NCBI RefSeq assembly: GCF_040938485.1
Contig: NW_027271764.1
Span: 124,001-188,000, forward strand
Length of the DNA: 64,000 nucleotides
Reading direction: 5' to 3'
Source of the DNA: Diadema antillarum
Lineage: Eukaryota
Position numbers and translations under genes: made by a program. The stretch's first letter is position 1, and every line of letters begins with the position of its first letter. Of this stretch, positions 48,101 through 63,000 are shown piece by piece. The notes under the pieces were generated by a model that had not been told where the DNA came from, made no database searches, and was given only the letters and a program-made list of their open reading frames with translations.

Positions 48101-51100
48101 TAGGTGTATTTTAGGTATTTCCCTTTTTTATTATTGTTTCTTAGCTTTTGCATAAGATCATCATTTCAGATATGAATTTATATGATTGGTAAAAAAAATA
48201 CCATTATGATATTCAGGATTTTTTTATTGTTTCATTGTTGAATTACTGGGACAAAAGCAAGTAACGATTGTGGAAATATGAATGATGATCATATGATATT
48301 AGAAAGAGATCCTTCGTTTTCATTGTCCCTGTGTGTGCAGCCCTGCATTCACCCACTTTTTCTTGGAGTGCAATGGATTTGTGAAGACAGAGAAGAAGCC
48401 CTACCTCGGGGCCTCATATCAACGACTCATGGAGGACATTTGGGGGCGGAAAAGGTGAGGAGAAAACCTTCTAATTTTTATTTGAAAATAAAGTCTAATT
48501 TGTGTTTTATTCTTCCACCCCCAAAATATGACAGAGACATCATGTTTTCTCAGGGTTTTCTGCCTACAACGTGTCTATCGTTACACCACAAATCTTGTTC
48601 TGTTGTGTTATTTGGCATGTTTTCTAATGTTAGCTCATAGCGTTACCTTGTCAGTAATTGATTCAGAGAATTACTATTACAGGGCACTCCCAACAAATTT
48701 TGTTACAGCAAGGAAAAAATTCAGGTTCCAAATTTATTAAGTGCAAAATTCTCTTTGGTTAGTGCAAAATTTTGAGATATGGAAAGAAAACTGCTGGTCC
48801 TGAGGAGTATGTTACAACAGAAGTTGCTTGTACAACAAAGATAGATGGACACAATATTTTAGGAATGTTTGTCCTTCCTTGGCTTATTTTCTTCAGTCTG
48901 TTTTTAATTTCATTTAATGCCTGTGTATGTTGTTATGTTAACAATTGTTGTGTTTTCCTTGTCTTATTTTTTATCCCCTTCAGGCCAAGCTACATGACCC
49001 CATCGAGCCTCGTCAACAGTTTCAAGGCAGTGTTTCCTATGTTCAAAGGATTCACACAACAGGTAGTTAACTTTCTGACACTGTTTTATGTGCAAAACTC
49101 ATGCCTGGACAATGATGTAGCTACTGATCATTTGATTAAAAGTCATCGTAGATCTGTGATAAAACTTTAACATCAAAGCAAAGCTTTGCATATTCTCAAC
49201 AGCTGTGCTCATTGCATGTACAGCGTAACAAAAATCTATAAAAACTTGCATAGATTTGAAACACGGAATGTTTACCCAAAGCATGCTTTCGTTGCGGTCT
49301 CTAAACAATTTGTCACACAGCGGTATTCTACAATGGCGCATAAAGAGTTAAAAACCGCTGCTTGTATTTGATCGGCACTCCCCCACTAACTTTGAAATGA
49401 AAAAGATTTTTTTTTAGTGCAAAAGAGGACTTTGATGTCTGGTGTTTGATGTTTGACATAGAATCAGGGTTTTCATCATCACTCATTTCTTTAATCTTGT
49501 CTCATTATCAGGATTCTCAAGAATTCTTGCGCTGCATCATGGACAGACTCCACGAAGAACTCAAGGAGCCAGTCTTTGTCGAGAGCGATGACGCAGTCGA
49601 TGACAGTCGGCCTACCACAGCTACTGATGGCAATGCGGACAAGGACCCAAACCCTCGGCGACGCATGCGGGCAGGCTCGCCTTCCCTGGATGCATACCAC
49701 CGGACGCGCTCCAACGACTCGCTCACCTTGTCGGAGGACATGGAGATGGAAAGTCTCCCGGACAACGATGCGGCCCAAGCCCAGATGATGGAGAGTGCCG
49801 AGGAGCGCATCCCACTCCACCCAGGAGCATCATCTGCCCATGGAGAGGAGATGTTGACCCCGCCCCCCAGAGGTCACGGGGTGGACAAGAATCACCCGCA
49901 CAGAAAGAGGGCGTCGGATTCCACCTCAGAAACGGAGCCCCTCAATCCCAACCCAGCTCCAACCAGAGGTGAGAATGTCTGAAATGCAATGAGCAAGATT
50001 TATCATGTTCTGTATGTGCCTTCTCTTTTCAGGCTATGTCTTGGTCATTTATTGGCATTCAATATTCCTGTATATGCCATATTATAGTATACAAATATTC
50101 AATGTGTATGAGTTCAATGGTTCCTTATATTACATGAGCATGCTAGTTTAACCATTCTATTCAAGGGCGCAAAGTGAGGTTGAATAGAACGGTGAAACTT
50201 GCTGTGCAGGCTCACTTGATTTACCATTTAATAGATGTCTATTGCACTGCCATTAAGAGTGAGCATGGGATAGCTGATTCTTCTTATTGTCATATGGCCT
50301 GCTTTCATCCAGTCAGATTGCAAGGATCTATACATGTGTTGTATAATATGCAATAATGTAGTGTAATAATATGCAATTTATTTTTGTGATTGTAATCAGT
50401 ACACCAATAATTTTGAAATCAGACATTTGCAGAAAAACCTCCTCCTGTAACAGATGTGCATTATAAATCATCACAAAACTGGGAAATTGCCGACCTGAAT
50501 AGGGAAATACTTACATCTCATTCTGCACTGTGGTTCTTCATCAAGAATTCAATGGCCTGTAAAACTGTCTTACAAGTCCAGTAGCCTGAAATATTATGCT
50601 CATGAAATATATTATCATACAGTTACACATCCTAAAATATATGGCATATATTATGAACACTAATACAGTGATTTATACCATCTACCTACATTTCTTGGCT
50701 GATGCTTTGACAAATTCTAGTAGCCAGATGCATCATCTCTTACAAGTGGTCCACATGTTAGCCTCACGTAATCATTTTGTGATACTTAGATTACTTGAAG
50801 AACTGTTTTAGATATCAGACCAACCACTCACAAAAATGTCATACTCTGTAACTGCTAGTCATGCTCTGTAATCATACATTCGTAATTATACATGTAGTCG
50901 AATCATACATCATGATACATGTATTTTTACTCTGTATGTGTGGCACTATAAGTCTGCAGACTTTCTGTTATGCTCTCTTTTGAATTGCAGTAAAATCGAA
51001 ATTGAATTGAATTGAATAACAAGTCCCATTTACGAATACAAGGTGTATACAGTATCGATGTGAATTGTTAACTGAATGTGGATGAACATACTAAAAGGAA

Positions 51101-54100
51101 GTGCTCTTTGTACAAATTTTCTTCTGATTTTCCTCTTGCGTGCAGTCAACACTAGATCGCGTACTGTTTCCTCCACCTCGAATGTGAAGTACGATCGAGA
51201 AGTCTACGACAGCGAGAAAGATATCGACGAATTGGCGTCTGGTGATCAGATGAGTACGTCTTCAGCCAGCAGGGATGCAGGTCAGAGGTCTTTTTATTTC
51301 TAATCCTTCAAACAAGTTGATTATGCCATGTGGAACACTTTATGACTTGCTATGTGCATCTGTTGACAACATCTATCAGGTTATAGTTTCTGTAATTGAG
51401 TTCATCAAAAAAAAAAAGGACTTAGCAATAAAAACAGTGTGCTCAATGCCGTGCATACAGTATTGTGAACCAGCAATCTATGGTGTGTGGAAGACATTGC
51501 GTTCACTATACAAATTTTGATTTCCATGTTACGATTGTACGCGTGTCATGGGAGAGAACAAAAGTTCTTTCACCTTTCCTGTAAAATTCTCGCGCAGTGA
51601 AAAAGAAGAAGCCGCAGCCGACGACATACCGCAGCATCATATCCGATGTCTTTGACGGGAAGATTCTCAGCTCTGTTCAGTGTCTCACCTGCGAAAACGT
51701 AAGCATCACACATCATTTCGATCCCTCATGCTTTTAGTCGGTTGTAGTCTCGGCCACATGGAATTTTTTCCCTGGGTGCGGATGAGGATGCGAAAGAGTT
51801 GAACCCAACTCTTTTTCACCTCTTTCTCTCTGAGAATTTTGGTTTTGATCTTCACGCTCTGAAAGGAATAGAATGGATACACGTGATATGATGACGAAGA
51901 GCCAGGGTAGTATGCATGCTATCCTTATTGCAATTCTGTTCTTAGAAACAATGAAGAATAAAGAATAAACACATTTATTTTTGTCTTTTATGGCAGTTTT
52001 ATTAATGGTAGTACAACTTCTTTCTACTTTTTCCATAGGAAATTTATTTCATATATGGATTCCACCATTAGCTTTGATATTTCATGGGGGTTTTACTGCT
52101 GTATAAGTGTGATTTGAGATATCATAGTATTACTGTTAATGTCAATATTTTTATGTGATTGTTTTCTCGTGCTAGGAGGCTCAAAAAACATATTCATGGG
52201 TTCCTGAGCTCGTGCTGTGCAATTGTTAACCCATTTAAGTGTGCAGATAAAATTGAAGATATTTTCATGGATTTTAGAATTCAAAATACAAGAAAATCAA
52301 TGTATTAATATAATTGATAAATTCATGTAAATTAACATTTTTGCACTTCCAATATACCATACTGAAAAGAAAAAAGATGTTTTAAAGATTTTCCAATGGA
52401 ATTGTTGGCACATTATAATTGTAGCAAGTACACTATAGAACATAATGTTTCTCTGTTTTCTCAGGGAGCCAGGACAGTGAGCCCAATTGTAGTATTGTTG
52501 TTATCACTTTTGTAATTTCCTTGTCGGTTCTTGACAGATCTCGTGTCAGAAGGAGAATTACCAGGACCTGTCCCTGCCCATCCCGGGCAAGGAGGACCTG
52601 GCCCGGATCCAGGACCTGCCGCCAAAGTCCACGGGCACCTGTGCGGACACCCATCGGAAGCAAGGGTGGCTGTCCTGGTTTTACGGCCTCATCACAGGGT
52701 ATGTAAGACCTCAGAATGGTGCTCCTTGACTGCACTGTGGTATAGTCTCCCACTACCCCCCCCCCCCCCCCTTCCCCTCCCTCTCCCCTCTCCCCCCCCC
52801 CCCTTTTGTCTTCATTCTATCCCTTCTTCTCGCTTTCTCTTTCTTTTGTCATTGATGAACAGTCAGGCGCTCTCTTTCCCCACGTCCACAGTAGACTCTT
52901 CATCACATGGAGAATCGGGAGAGATCATATCATTTTTATGACTGACCGTCCACACTGCTATCTCAACTGTCCCCAAGCTGTGGCAATCGGGGCTTGGGAC
53001 AAACCCTGTCACTTGAAACCAGACTTTGTAAGTGTCTAACGTGTGCACATTTGATGAATACAGCTGGGCTCTATTAATTCTCGCCTAAGGTCCCTCTCCC
53101 CTCCACGTTTTGTCTGCGGAGCCGACTTGGTGTGCAAGATTGGGGGGGGGGGGGGGGGGGGGGGACAAGTCCCAGTGAGCATCCGTACTATGGTTTTGGG
53201 CTTTGATGCGGGACCTAGTGTGAAGGTGGAGTGTATCTGATCAAGTAAGAGGTGTTGCAGTCATTCGTGCCAAACCCAAACCTCCCCACTCCTGTCCAGA
53301 GGGGATGATGCTGTGAAAGTGAAAATGAAGAGAGTTTATAGAGCTGCACTTTTTATAGACATGTCCAGTCTTTTTCTGTCGCATGGTGCAATACAAAGGG
53401 GAGGTCATAACCTCATGAAGGTTAATGTCCAAGTTGCTGATTCAAGTCCAAAGTCTGTTTTCCTGAAACTTGTTATCAATAACAACTGCCACATTTCTAT
53501 GACAAATTTGCTCTCAGGCAATCAGATGCAAGGATTTCAGTGGCTTGTAACAACTTTCGGAACTTGTTACTGATAACAAGTTTTGTGAAATGGGATCCAG
53601 GGCAGCATCTCTTGGTTTTGCAATTTCTGTGAGTCTTCCCGAAAACATCCAAAGATGGCAGTCCTCCCCGATGTGACGCATGGTGTGTCCAGTTACACAA
53701 TCTGGGAGATTTGACTGTCTTTGTCAACATGTCTGCTATGTATTTCATTGAAGTATGGGACACCATATGGAATAATACCAACTAGAAAAACACATGAAGT
53801 TAAATTAGTATGTGCAAAAAGCATCCATGTAATTTTGAATGCAGGATTACACCTGTGGCAGTGCGCACTGAACCAAGTTGGTCGTCTTGAGAGAATGAAT
53901 GTAGCTTTATTTCCATCGATTGTCCTTAATGTGTGTATAAAGAGGGAGGTGTTGGTGATGCTCCATGCAAGTCAAGTAGTGAATGAAGTAGTGTGGAGTA
54001 TATCAAGTGAAGCAAGACACATACTGTGCGAGTTGAAATTTTCGCGGTGTTTTTATTTTCGCGAATTTCGCAAATCGTCTTTGAACCGCGAAAATAACAC

Positions 54101-57100
54101 GCGAAAATAACAACGCACAAATAAGTAAGTTCACTTACACCCTCGCAACCGTGAAATTAACAACACGCCAAAATATCCTCCAAGTAGCAATTTGCGAAAA
54201 TATCTTTATGCAAAAATTTCAGCTCGTACTGTAAATCAGCACCACATTTCTTCTGCCTCTATTCTTACTGAGCAGAAGCTGGCTGTGGGGCCCAAATATT
54301 ACGCTGGACAACTGCCTTGCTGCTTTCTTCTCTGCAGATGATCTCAAAGGTAATCTGTGTTTTGTTCTGTTTCTTTTTTTTAGTTCTTAATTTCAGTAGC
54401 ATATGCCTTGTCACTGTTGTTGTAGTTTGCTTGGTCTTTTTTTTTGGGGGGGGGGGGGTTAACATAGGTAAGGTGTGAGAATGTAGCAGGCTACAGGCCT
54501 TGTTACAAAATGCTTGTGCAAGCATGAGCGCATCTTAGTGACTCATTAAAGATTCAAGACAAGGATTGGAGAAATATTCTCTTGTCTTCATTCCTCACTA
54601 CTCATGAGTTTAAGATATTTACTTTCATTTAAAGAAATTCCATGTCATTTTCTCCCCCTCCCCCTTTCCAATGGAGAGTAAATATTGAAGCAGTGATGAT
54701 TTGTATGTGGAATGAGTGAAATATCTCACAGATTCTACTGAATGATTTCTTTTTAGGTGACAACATGTACAGCTGTGAAAAGTGCAAGAAGTAAGTATTT
54801 GACAAAACGTGTCAAACTGTTTGAAATTGGACATTTCTGTACTTGATGAACAAGACAGAATGGGCAGAATTAATACCTAGCTTTAAGTGTAAGATTAAGT
54901 TGTCAAGATCACACTTTTGAGACTCTAATACAGAAAGGTTTGTTAGATAGCCATTGCAAATAAAACACAATGTGCTGATGTTAAATCTCGAGATTCACGC
55001 CTAAAAAGATACAGCATGTCTCATGTAACATCAGTTCATCATTGTATTTGTGAAATAAAGATTCAAATGAAGTGTTGACACTGCTGTAAGAATCCCATTC
55101 TATGACTGAGGTGATTCAGGGATTGTTTGGTTTTTTTCCTTAAGGTTTGTTATTTGTCCTTACAGTCAGCATTTGATTATTTTCTGTTTTGCACTATGCT
55201 AAAAGGGCGGTGAGTTGGCTCAGTCGGTAGCGCGTCTGCCTCACGATCACGCGGCCCGGGTTTGAATCTGAATTGGGACTGAGCAATGTTGTGTGTAAGC
55301 ATACCGTCCCCTCTAGCAAGAGGCAAAACACTCTGTCCCTCGGATAGGACATAAAATGGAGGTCCTATGTATCAGAGAGTAACAACTCATGCACGTTAAA
55401 GATCCCGCTTCATTCATTCATCGCAAAGAGCAGGGTGTTTACTATAACCCGATGAAGTGGTCCCATCTCACATCCAACTGGACCCCATGGAAGACCAGCT
55501 TAACGTAGCTGAATATGGGCTATCCAGCCATCTTCTCAGATGGAAATGAACAAACAAAATTTGTTTCATTTTCACAATTGAGAAAAATTTATCAGAACAA
55601 ATTCTGATCTTTTGTAGACATTGGCAGAATTTGAACTAATTATCAAGCGTTCATTTTAATTCCATCACACTCCAGACTCCGAAATGGTGTCAAGTTTGTG
55701 CAAGTACTTGAGCTGCCAGAGGTAAGAAATTTGACTTGTTTAGTCCTGTAGCATTGCAAACCCTCAGCAATATCACTGATTGGCCAAAGGCAACCCGTGA
55801 TACAGGCATGCATGAATGTCTGTTTTTTATGCGAGTTGGGAAAATCTGTGCATTTTCTTTGGCTGGTCCATGCCTTTTCCGTATTCACCACCTTAAATGT
55901 TATAATACATGGTCAAGTTAGTGTAATCCAAACTTTGAAGGAGTGTGATATTTAAAGCCTCTTCATTGAGTAGAAGTTGAGAAACATCAACACCTACACT
56001 GAGTAGTGGCATACTTTATAGGGAAAATGAATTAAACCAGAATACTGGTATGTATAAATTGTCAGTTCATTGAATGTAGAAATACTTAGTAGAACATAAA
56101 GTAGATACATCAAGTCTGAGGGAAAATCAGACAATCTATTCAAAAGTCTTGAATCTGTACCGATGATGGGCTAAATCCATGCTCCCTCGTTGCTGGATGA
56201 GTAATATGTTATGTGCAGGTCATGAGAACTTTCTCCCAGCTTCCTTTATTCTCACCTCCAACATCATGGGGGATTCCCCTATCTCACACTCAGTCGCCCC
56301 CATTGTTTTCCACAGGTGCTGTGCATCCACCTGAAAAGGTTCCGCCACGAGTCCTTCACGTCCTACTCCTCCAAGATATGCAGCTACGTTTCGTTCCCCA
56401 TGGAGGGACTGGACATGACCCCCTATCTTGCCAAAGGTGAGGACGATGATCCCCTGGTGTCCGTTAGTAATCCAGTGGTGGAAGTCGGTGGGGGTCATAG
56501 TGGGGATCTCCCCAGGTGACTATGTCCTTTGTCAAGGGCGCCATTCCCTCTACGTTTGAATTAAGCCTGACCATGCTGTCAGCAGCAAGCCAGAGCAGAT
56601 ATCATATTGTCAGAAAAATATTTTATATTTACATTGAATTGAAAATCATATTATTTTCAGTGTAAAGGCAATATCAAAGAGCTTTTACAGTAACATCTTG
56701 GCTGAATTTGTGTCATTTAAGTTTTTTTGTAACTTTCATTACACTTGACCAAACTCAAATTGGTCTTTTATTGCCTTACTACACTCGTTCTAGATGAAGC
56801 AAGTAACCATATATCGTGTCGAAAGATTCTTCTTTTTTTTTACGTATAACATACCAGATTGTTCTTCGATTTTATGGTCCTACAAATGGAGGTATTGGAA
56901 TCTCTCAGTGCTTTTCTTTTGTTTTGTTTTTTCTTCTTTTCAGATTGCAAGAACACCTGCGCAACATATGATCTAAATGCAGTCATTTGCCATCATGGTA
57001 CTGCAGGGGGTGAGTACATGGTCAATATCTTTCTCCTCCTCGTTCGGTTCTTGGTTGCACTGACTTAAATTGTGGCAGCCATTTGCAGATTGTTAACTTG

Positions 57101-59977
57101 TGACATTACACATCAAAATATGCAAAGAAAGTAGTATTCGTTGTTTACTTGATTTTTGTCTTGTTTTGATTGATTACTTTTCATCATGTTTTATATTTCT
57201 TTTAATATCATATGCCGTCGTTTTGTTATGCTTTTTCTGTTTTGCTTCTGCAAACTAAAAACAAATTTTAAAAAAGCGTGTCATAAGCAAACTACATTTC
57301 AGAATGATACCACAAATGAGCATAAAATGTGTGTTACACACCAATTTAGAAGTTATGTGGATGTTCATGGAAGGGAGAATCAGGAAATGGTGCATACCAG
57401 GGTCAAGGGGAGAAGGTTGTAGATTCCTTAAATCCAGAGAATGGTAGAATGGACAAATAGGGCCATTTGCATTTCAGATTTTACTGGTAATGAGTTTGGG
57501 GGGGGGGGGGGGGGGAGAGGGGAGTAGACTGAAGGGCAGAAGCAGAGGTGATAGCCCCTTTCTCTCACACCCCACTGGTTGCCACAGGCGGCCACTACAC
57601 CTGCTACGCCCAGAACTGGCTGAACAGCAAGTGGTACGAATACGACGACATCTACGTGACGGAGGTCAACGAACTGCAGGTGGCCAACTGTGAGGCATAC
57701 GTTCTCTTCTACAGGTGAGAGGAATCTGGCATCCGAGTGATTTAACTCTTTTTGTGCCCAGACATTCAGCTCAAAGGTAAAAATACTTCTCAAGAGGACT
57801 CACATTCATCTGCCACTATCTTGAATTATGTTGCTTTATATATCGGCAGGGTCGACCAAGAGGCTTATCTGGCTGATACGATTTGCAAGGATAATGAGTT
57901 CTTTTGGAGTATGATTTTGTATTTTGAGAACAAGAGTATAAAGTAATAAATGTTGGTGTCCCCGATTTGTAATCCTGAAGAGCCATCCCCGTTCAGCTGT
58001 GGCTTTGTAGAATGTTGCTTGGTACGTGATGATCAAATCTTGCCCTGTCGGTAGTATTGAATCACATGCAGCTAACGTGCTGCTGCATGCGATTTACTCT
58101 CATGCAATGGATACTGCTATGGCCAGATATATTGTAATTGATGTAATCGCATATAAAACATTACATAGCAGCCACCTAATGTGTATGCTCTGAGAATTCA
58201 ATACTTCCAATGTAGTGGGTCTTTTGGGGTAGTATTTCGCATTTTCATTGTTACAATTACCCAACTGGAAATCGTGTTATCTTCCTCCTTTTGCAGGAAA
58301 TCTTCAGAAGAGGCAATAAAAGAGAGGCAGAAAGTGCAGGACTTGTTTGAACAGGATGAGGTGAGAGCCAATTTTATTCTTAACCCACTACCTCTCAGAT
58401 GCGATGAAAGCCATTGGATTAATTCATAAGACTCTCCTTTCCCCTATGTCATGGGTTATACTACTGTATTGTCTGTGCTATTTTGCTTCTGTGTATGTTG
58501 TGCTGTAAAACTACAAGCCTCAAGGATGATATGATTCATTAAAGGCATAATTTACCATTTGCAGATGAAACAAAAACCCAGCAATCGTGCTTCAAAATAG
58601 TTCTAAAATATGAGTTAGGGATAGAAACAACCAATGTAAAATTTGAACCAGTATAATCGATGTTAAGTATTGTTGAATATACGAAATGTGAACAATAGTT
58701 ACAATAGAAATGTTTCCAGACTAAACCGTCTACAGATATGGTTTAATGAGAAAAATAGTGATATCTCATTATATATTAGGCTTTACCGCAAAAATTTTAT
58801 ATGGTAGGATGTTTTGTGATACAACGGACCTACACATATGCATCAAAGGTGATACTTTTGAAATCACTGCTCCCAAAGGTAAACGGTACCTTTATCGTAA
58901 ATGTAGGTCTTTTGTGAATTTATATATGCATTTGTATATATACAAGTATTCTGACAGGTATGACAGAATGCCGACTACAATGAGAGAATGGTACAATGCA
59001 GTAGAATACAATACAAGAAGATAATTTCTAAACACATTTCTCTTAACCTTTCATGGGTAGAGAACCACAACATTCTAGAAGCAGGTTTGGGAGTATTAGA
59101 CATTGTAAGAAGGAGGCATTTGGAGTCTTTATGACCAGCTGAAGGGAGGACGCAGTGAAAGGAAACAAACAGAAAGTTTTTTTTATGAGAAAACCTAAAA
59201 GGGTCCTCATTCATGGAAGACAAGAAAACTGTTAAAATGTGAACACTTAGATGTTATTTTCAAGCATATTCCATGTTTTGTAGGTATATAATTTTTGAGA
59301 AGCTTTGCACACTGGGAGTGTAGCTCTACGATGAAGGCTGAAATTATTGTTGGTGTTCTTGTTTTCCTCCAAAAACAGCCCAGTTTGCTCCACTTCTACG
59401 TGTCCCTGCAGTGGCTCAACAAACTCAACAACTTTGCCGAACCAGGGCCCATCACCAACCATGACTTTCTCTGCAAACATGGAGGTCAGAAACATTTTAT
59501 CATATTCGTACCTTGCCTTGCATGTTGCAGTTTAGCTATCTCTTTTGTTTAGTCTATTGGACAGGTGTACATTGCAGATCATGTTACTAGTAATGTAGTA
59601 TTTGATAATGATGATAATTGTAAGTCGTTTTCCTTGTATTTGTGATTTACAGTATGACAGTGGTGAATAAAATGACAGTAAAAGTAATGGTTGACTGTAA
59701 CAATTAGTTTTAGAATTACTATAATCTTCGTTGCTATAAAATCAGCAAAAGAGTCATCTTTATTAGAGTCTCGTTTTCTTGTGATATTGAAACTTGTAGG
59801 ATACGTTTGCATCAGATGAGATGAATGCCACATAAAAAGAAAATATGTTAATCAGTCACTGTTGTTGTTTTGTTATCATAATTATGTAATAGGTGTGCAA
59901 CCAAGCAAGACCCCCTATGTGGACAAGCTTGTGTTGAAAGTCCCGCAACCTGTGTGGGATCACCTGTACAAGACGTG

Positions 59978-60015
<38 letters not shown>

Positions 60016-63000
60016 TCTTGCCCTCTCTCTCCCTAAGTGATGTCACACTGCCCAAATGAACTTCAAAAATTTCAAGTGTGCTGCTAGAAATCATTGTGCT
60101 AATTTGCAGTGTGATGCCAAAATCTGCACAAAACAGAGGGATCTGTATTGTGATCCATGTTTTACAATGGTGCCAGATTTTCAAATGTGAATTGCTACAA
60201 ATGAAAACTGTTCAGAGGTATGAAGAAGAGAATGTTCAGACTAATGAGTACATTAACAACAATATAAAGAAATTGACTGAAATAGTTGCATTTTACAAAG
60301 AAACACAGGTCATATTTGCAAGTCCACATGAAGCAAATAATATATTGTTAGGTCTTGATAATTTTACCTTGTGTAGTTGAAGTTCAGTAAAACTCTGCAA
60401 ATTTGTTTCCACAGTTTAGGCCAAGTCTGATGCTGCTCTTTGTTTACTCATACACCACCTGCAATATTTCAGTGCAGAGAACAAAGCATTGTTTCATTAA
60501 TTCACATAAATTTCTACAGAGATGTCATGCTTTCAACCTTCACTTATGTGTCAGCCCCTGCATGTACAACCCAAATATGACTGAATTAACTTAATGATGG
60601 GTTTTTTTAAATTCTGATGGAAGGATGGTCCAATATATGTGCTTTATTTGTCATGTAACATGTCTTGATTCATACCCATTGTCAGTATTTTTTTTTTTTT
60701 TTTTGGTGGGGGGGGGGGGGCAATTCCTTTTCAAGAAAAAAAAAAAGTTGAAGTGACCAAGAATTGGAAATGGACATGAAATTGATGTGAAAGGAATTGA
60801 ATTGAAATGGAAATAAAATTGAGATGAATGGAACTGAAATAAATTAGAATTGAAATTGACATGAATGGAATTGAAGTGAAATGGAAATGAAATTGGAATG
60901 GAATAAAAGGAAGTAAAATGAAATGAAATTACATGGAAAATTGAAATGAAATAAGATTAATTGCAAATTACATTCCAAAATTGAAATGAAATAATCAGAA
61001 AATGGAATTCCTCTTACCCATGTATGGACAGGTTTGGAGGTGGCCCAGCCGTGAACAGACTGTCTCCCTGCTCCATGTGTCAGGCAGAGATGGAGCAGCT
61101 GGAGAGGAGGCGGAGGGAAGAGATGGAGACTTTCATCAGGGTGAGTCTAGAGACCCTGGTTGGTCTTTTACGCCCCCTTTTGTCTCTCCCCTCACCCAGT
61201 TTTGACCACGCCCAAGAGAGATAAGACAAACTGGCAGGAGAAGTCAGAAACTTGCATCTTATCATTACACAGTCACAGAGACTCCAACCCCAAGCACCTT
61301 CTGATCTGGAGATTCTCCCGCCCGAAACCCCTAGCAAACGGGAGACTCCAAGTTGATGTGCGTGAAGCGCGAAGTTAGGGTTCTAGATGTTCTCTGGTGC
61401 TATCTAAGGCTTATTTTTTCAACATACGATAGCAATAAGTAAAAAATTCTTTCCACCGGGAGACACAGAGCCAGGGCGGGAGAAATCAAATCTCAAACGG
61501 GAGAACGGGAGATTTTGCAAAAATGGGCTTTCGGCGGGAGATCTTCCGTCAAAGACAGGAGAGTTGGAGTCTCTGACTGTAACCGTGTGTCCAAGTCCAA
61601 GTTCAAATTTTCCCCATTATTCAATCCCTTATTCTGTTTAAATACAATTTTTTTCTTTAACATCCGTTAGTGTGCTGCATTCCCCCCCCCCCCCAAGCCC
61701 CCAACATTATCATTTCATCTCCGCATACTGTATGTATATATTGTACATAGTCAGAGACTCCAACCCAAAGCACCTTCTGATCTGGAGATTCTCCCGCCTG
61801 AAACCCCTAGCAAACGGGAGACTCCAACTTGATGTGTGCGAAGCGCGAAGTTCCTAGGGTTCTAGATGCTCTCTTGTGCTATCTAAGGCTTATTTTTTCA
61901 TCATACGATAGAAATAAGTAAGAAATCCCTTCCAACGGGAGACAAAGAGCCAGGGCGGGAGAAATTAAATCTCAAACGGGAGAACGGGAGATTTTGCAAA
62001 AATGGGTTTTCGGCGGGAGATCTCCCATCGAAAACGGGAGAGTTGGAGTCTCTGCAGTCAATCATCAAGGATCACGATATGGCAGTATCTCCATGTTTGT
62101 GGAAACAAATAATCTTTAAAAAAAATGAAATAAAATTCAAGTAGTTTCTGGTATAAAAGTAGCGTCTTTCCACTACGCCATGGTGTACGAAGCATTTTAT
62201 GACTCTATTCTGGGTGCTGGTTTTAAAGGGATGGTACAGTATTGGTGGAGATGAGAATTGGACTTTTAACTTTTGGTGATATACCAAGAAAACACTTATG
62301 AAATAGTACAGAGCATGCCATTTTAAGAGGAATTCAAAGTTTATTTGATGAAAATCGGGTTTTGGAATGACTGAAACATCCAAAAAGAAAGTAAAACAAA
62401 GCGATCGTAATAAAGTGTGGGTCCCACACTTTATCAGAATCGCTCTTTTTGGATATCTCAGCCATTTCAAAACCAATTTTCATCAAATAAACATTGAATT
62501 TCTCATAGAATTGCATGCTGTTTCATGTTTCATAAGAGGTTTCTCATTATCTCACCAAAAATATTAGAAACCTGAAATTAGGTCTTAACCAAAACTATAC
62601 GATCCCTTTAAACCTGGTGCTGGTTTTAAACCTGCACCAGTGTTGCTTGTACCTCACCTTCTTTGGAGCATTCCAGCAGGGCTTCCACTTTCATGCTAAG
62701 TCCAGCCACATAAACATTCTCATACTCTTGAATGGAGAGGAATATTATTGCCCAAGAGTTGATACTATCTTCTACTGTATTAGGTATCAATGTTTGCTAC
62801 AATCCTGTACACTATTTTGTATTATTGTTCATGTTCACTTCTTCTGATAGAATGCTATTTTCAGTGAATGAAGCAATTATTATTTTAGGTTTACAAGCCA
62901 AACTCTCTTCTTGAAGAGGGAAGAAAACTGACCACTCACTCCAAGCCTGTGGTTCTTCCATGTGATTTTAAACACTCGAGAAGTTATCTCACTGGTCCTC

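Noticed and set aside
62213-62640. Apparent long duplication TGGTGCTGGTTTTAAA on both sides of the TTAA MITE
   Set aside because: Explained by insertion into a pre-existing 18-bp tandem/palindromic repeat; the true TSD is TTAA.
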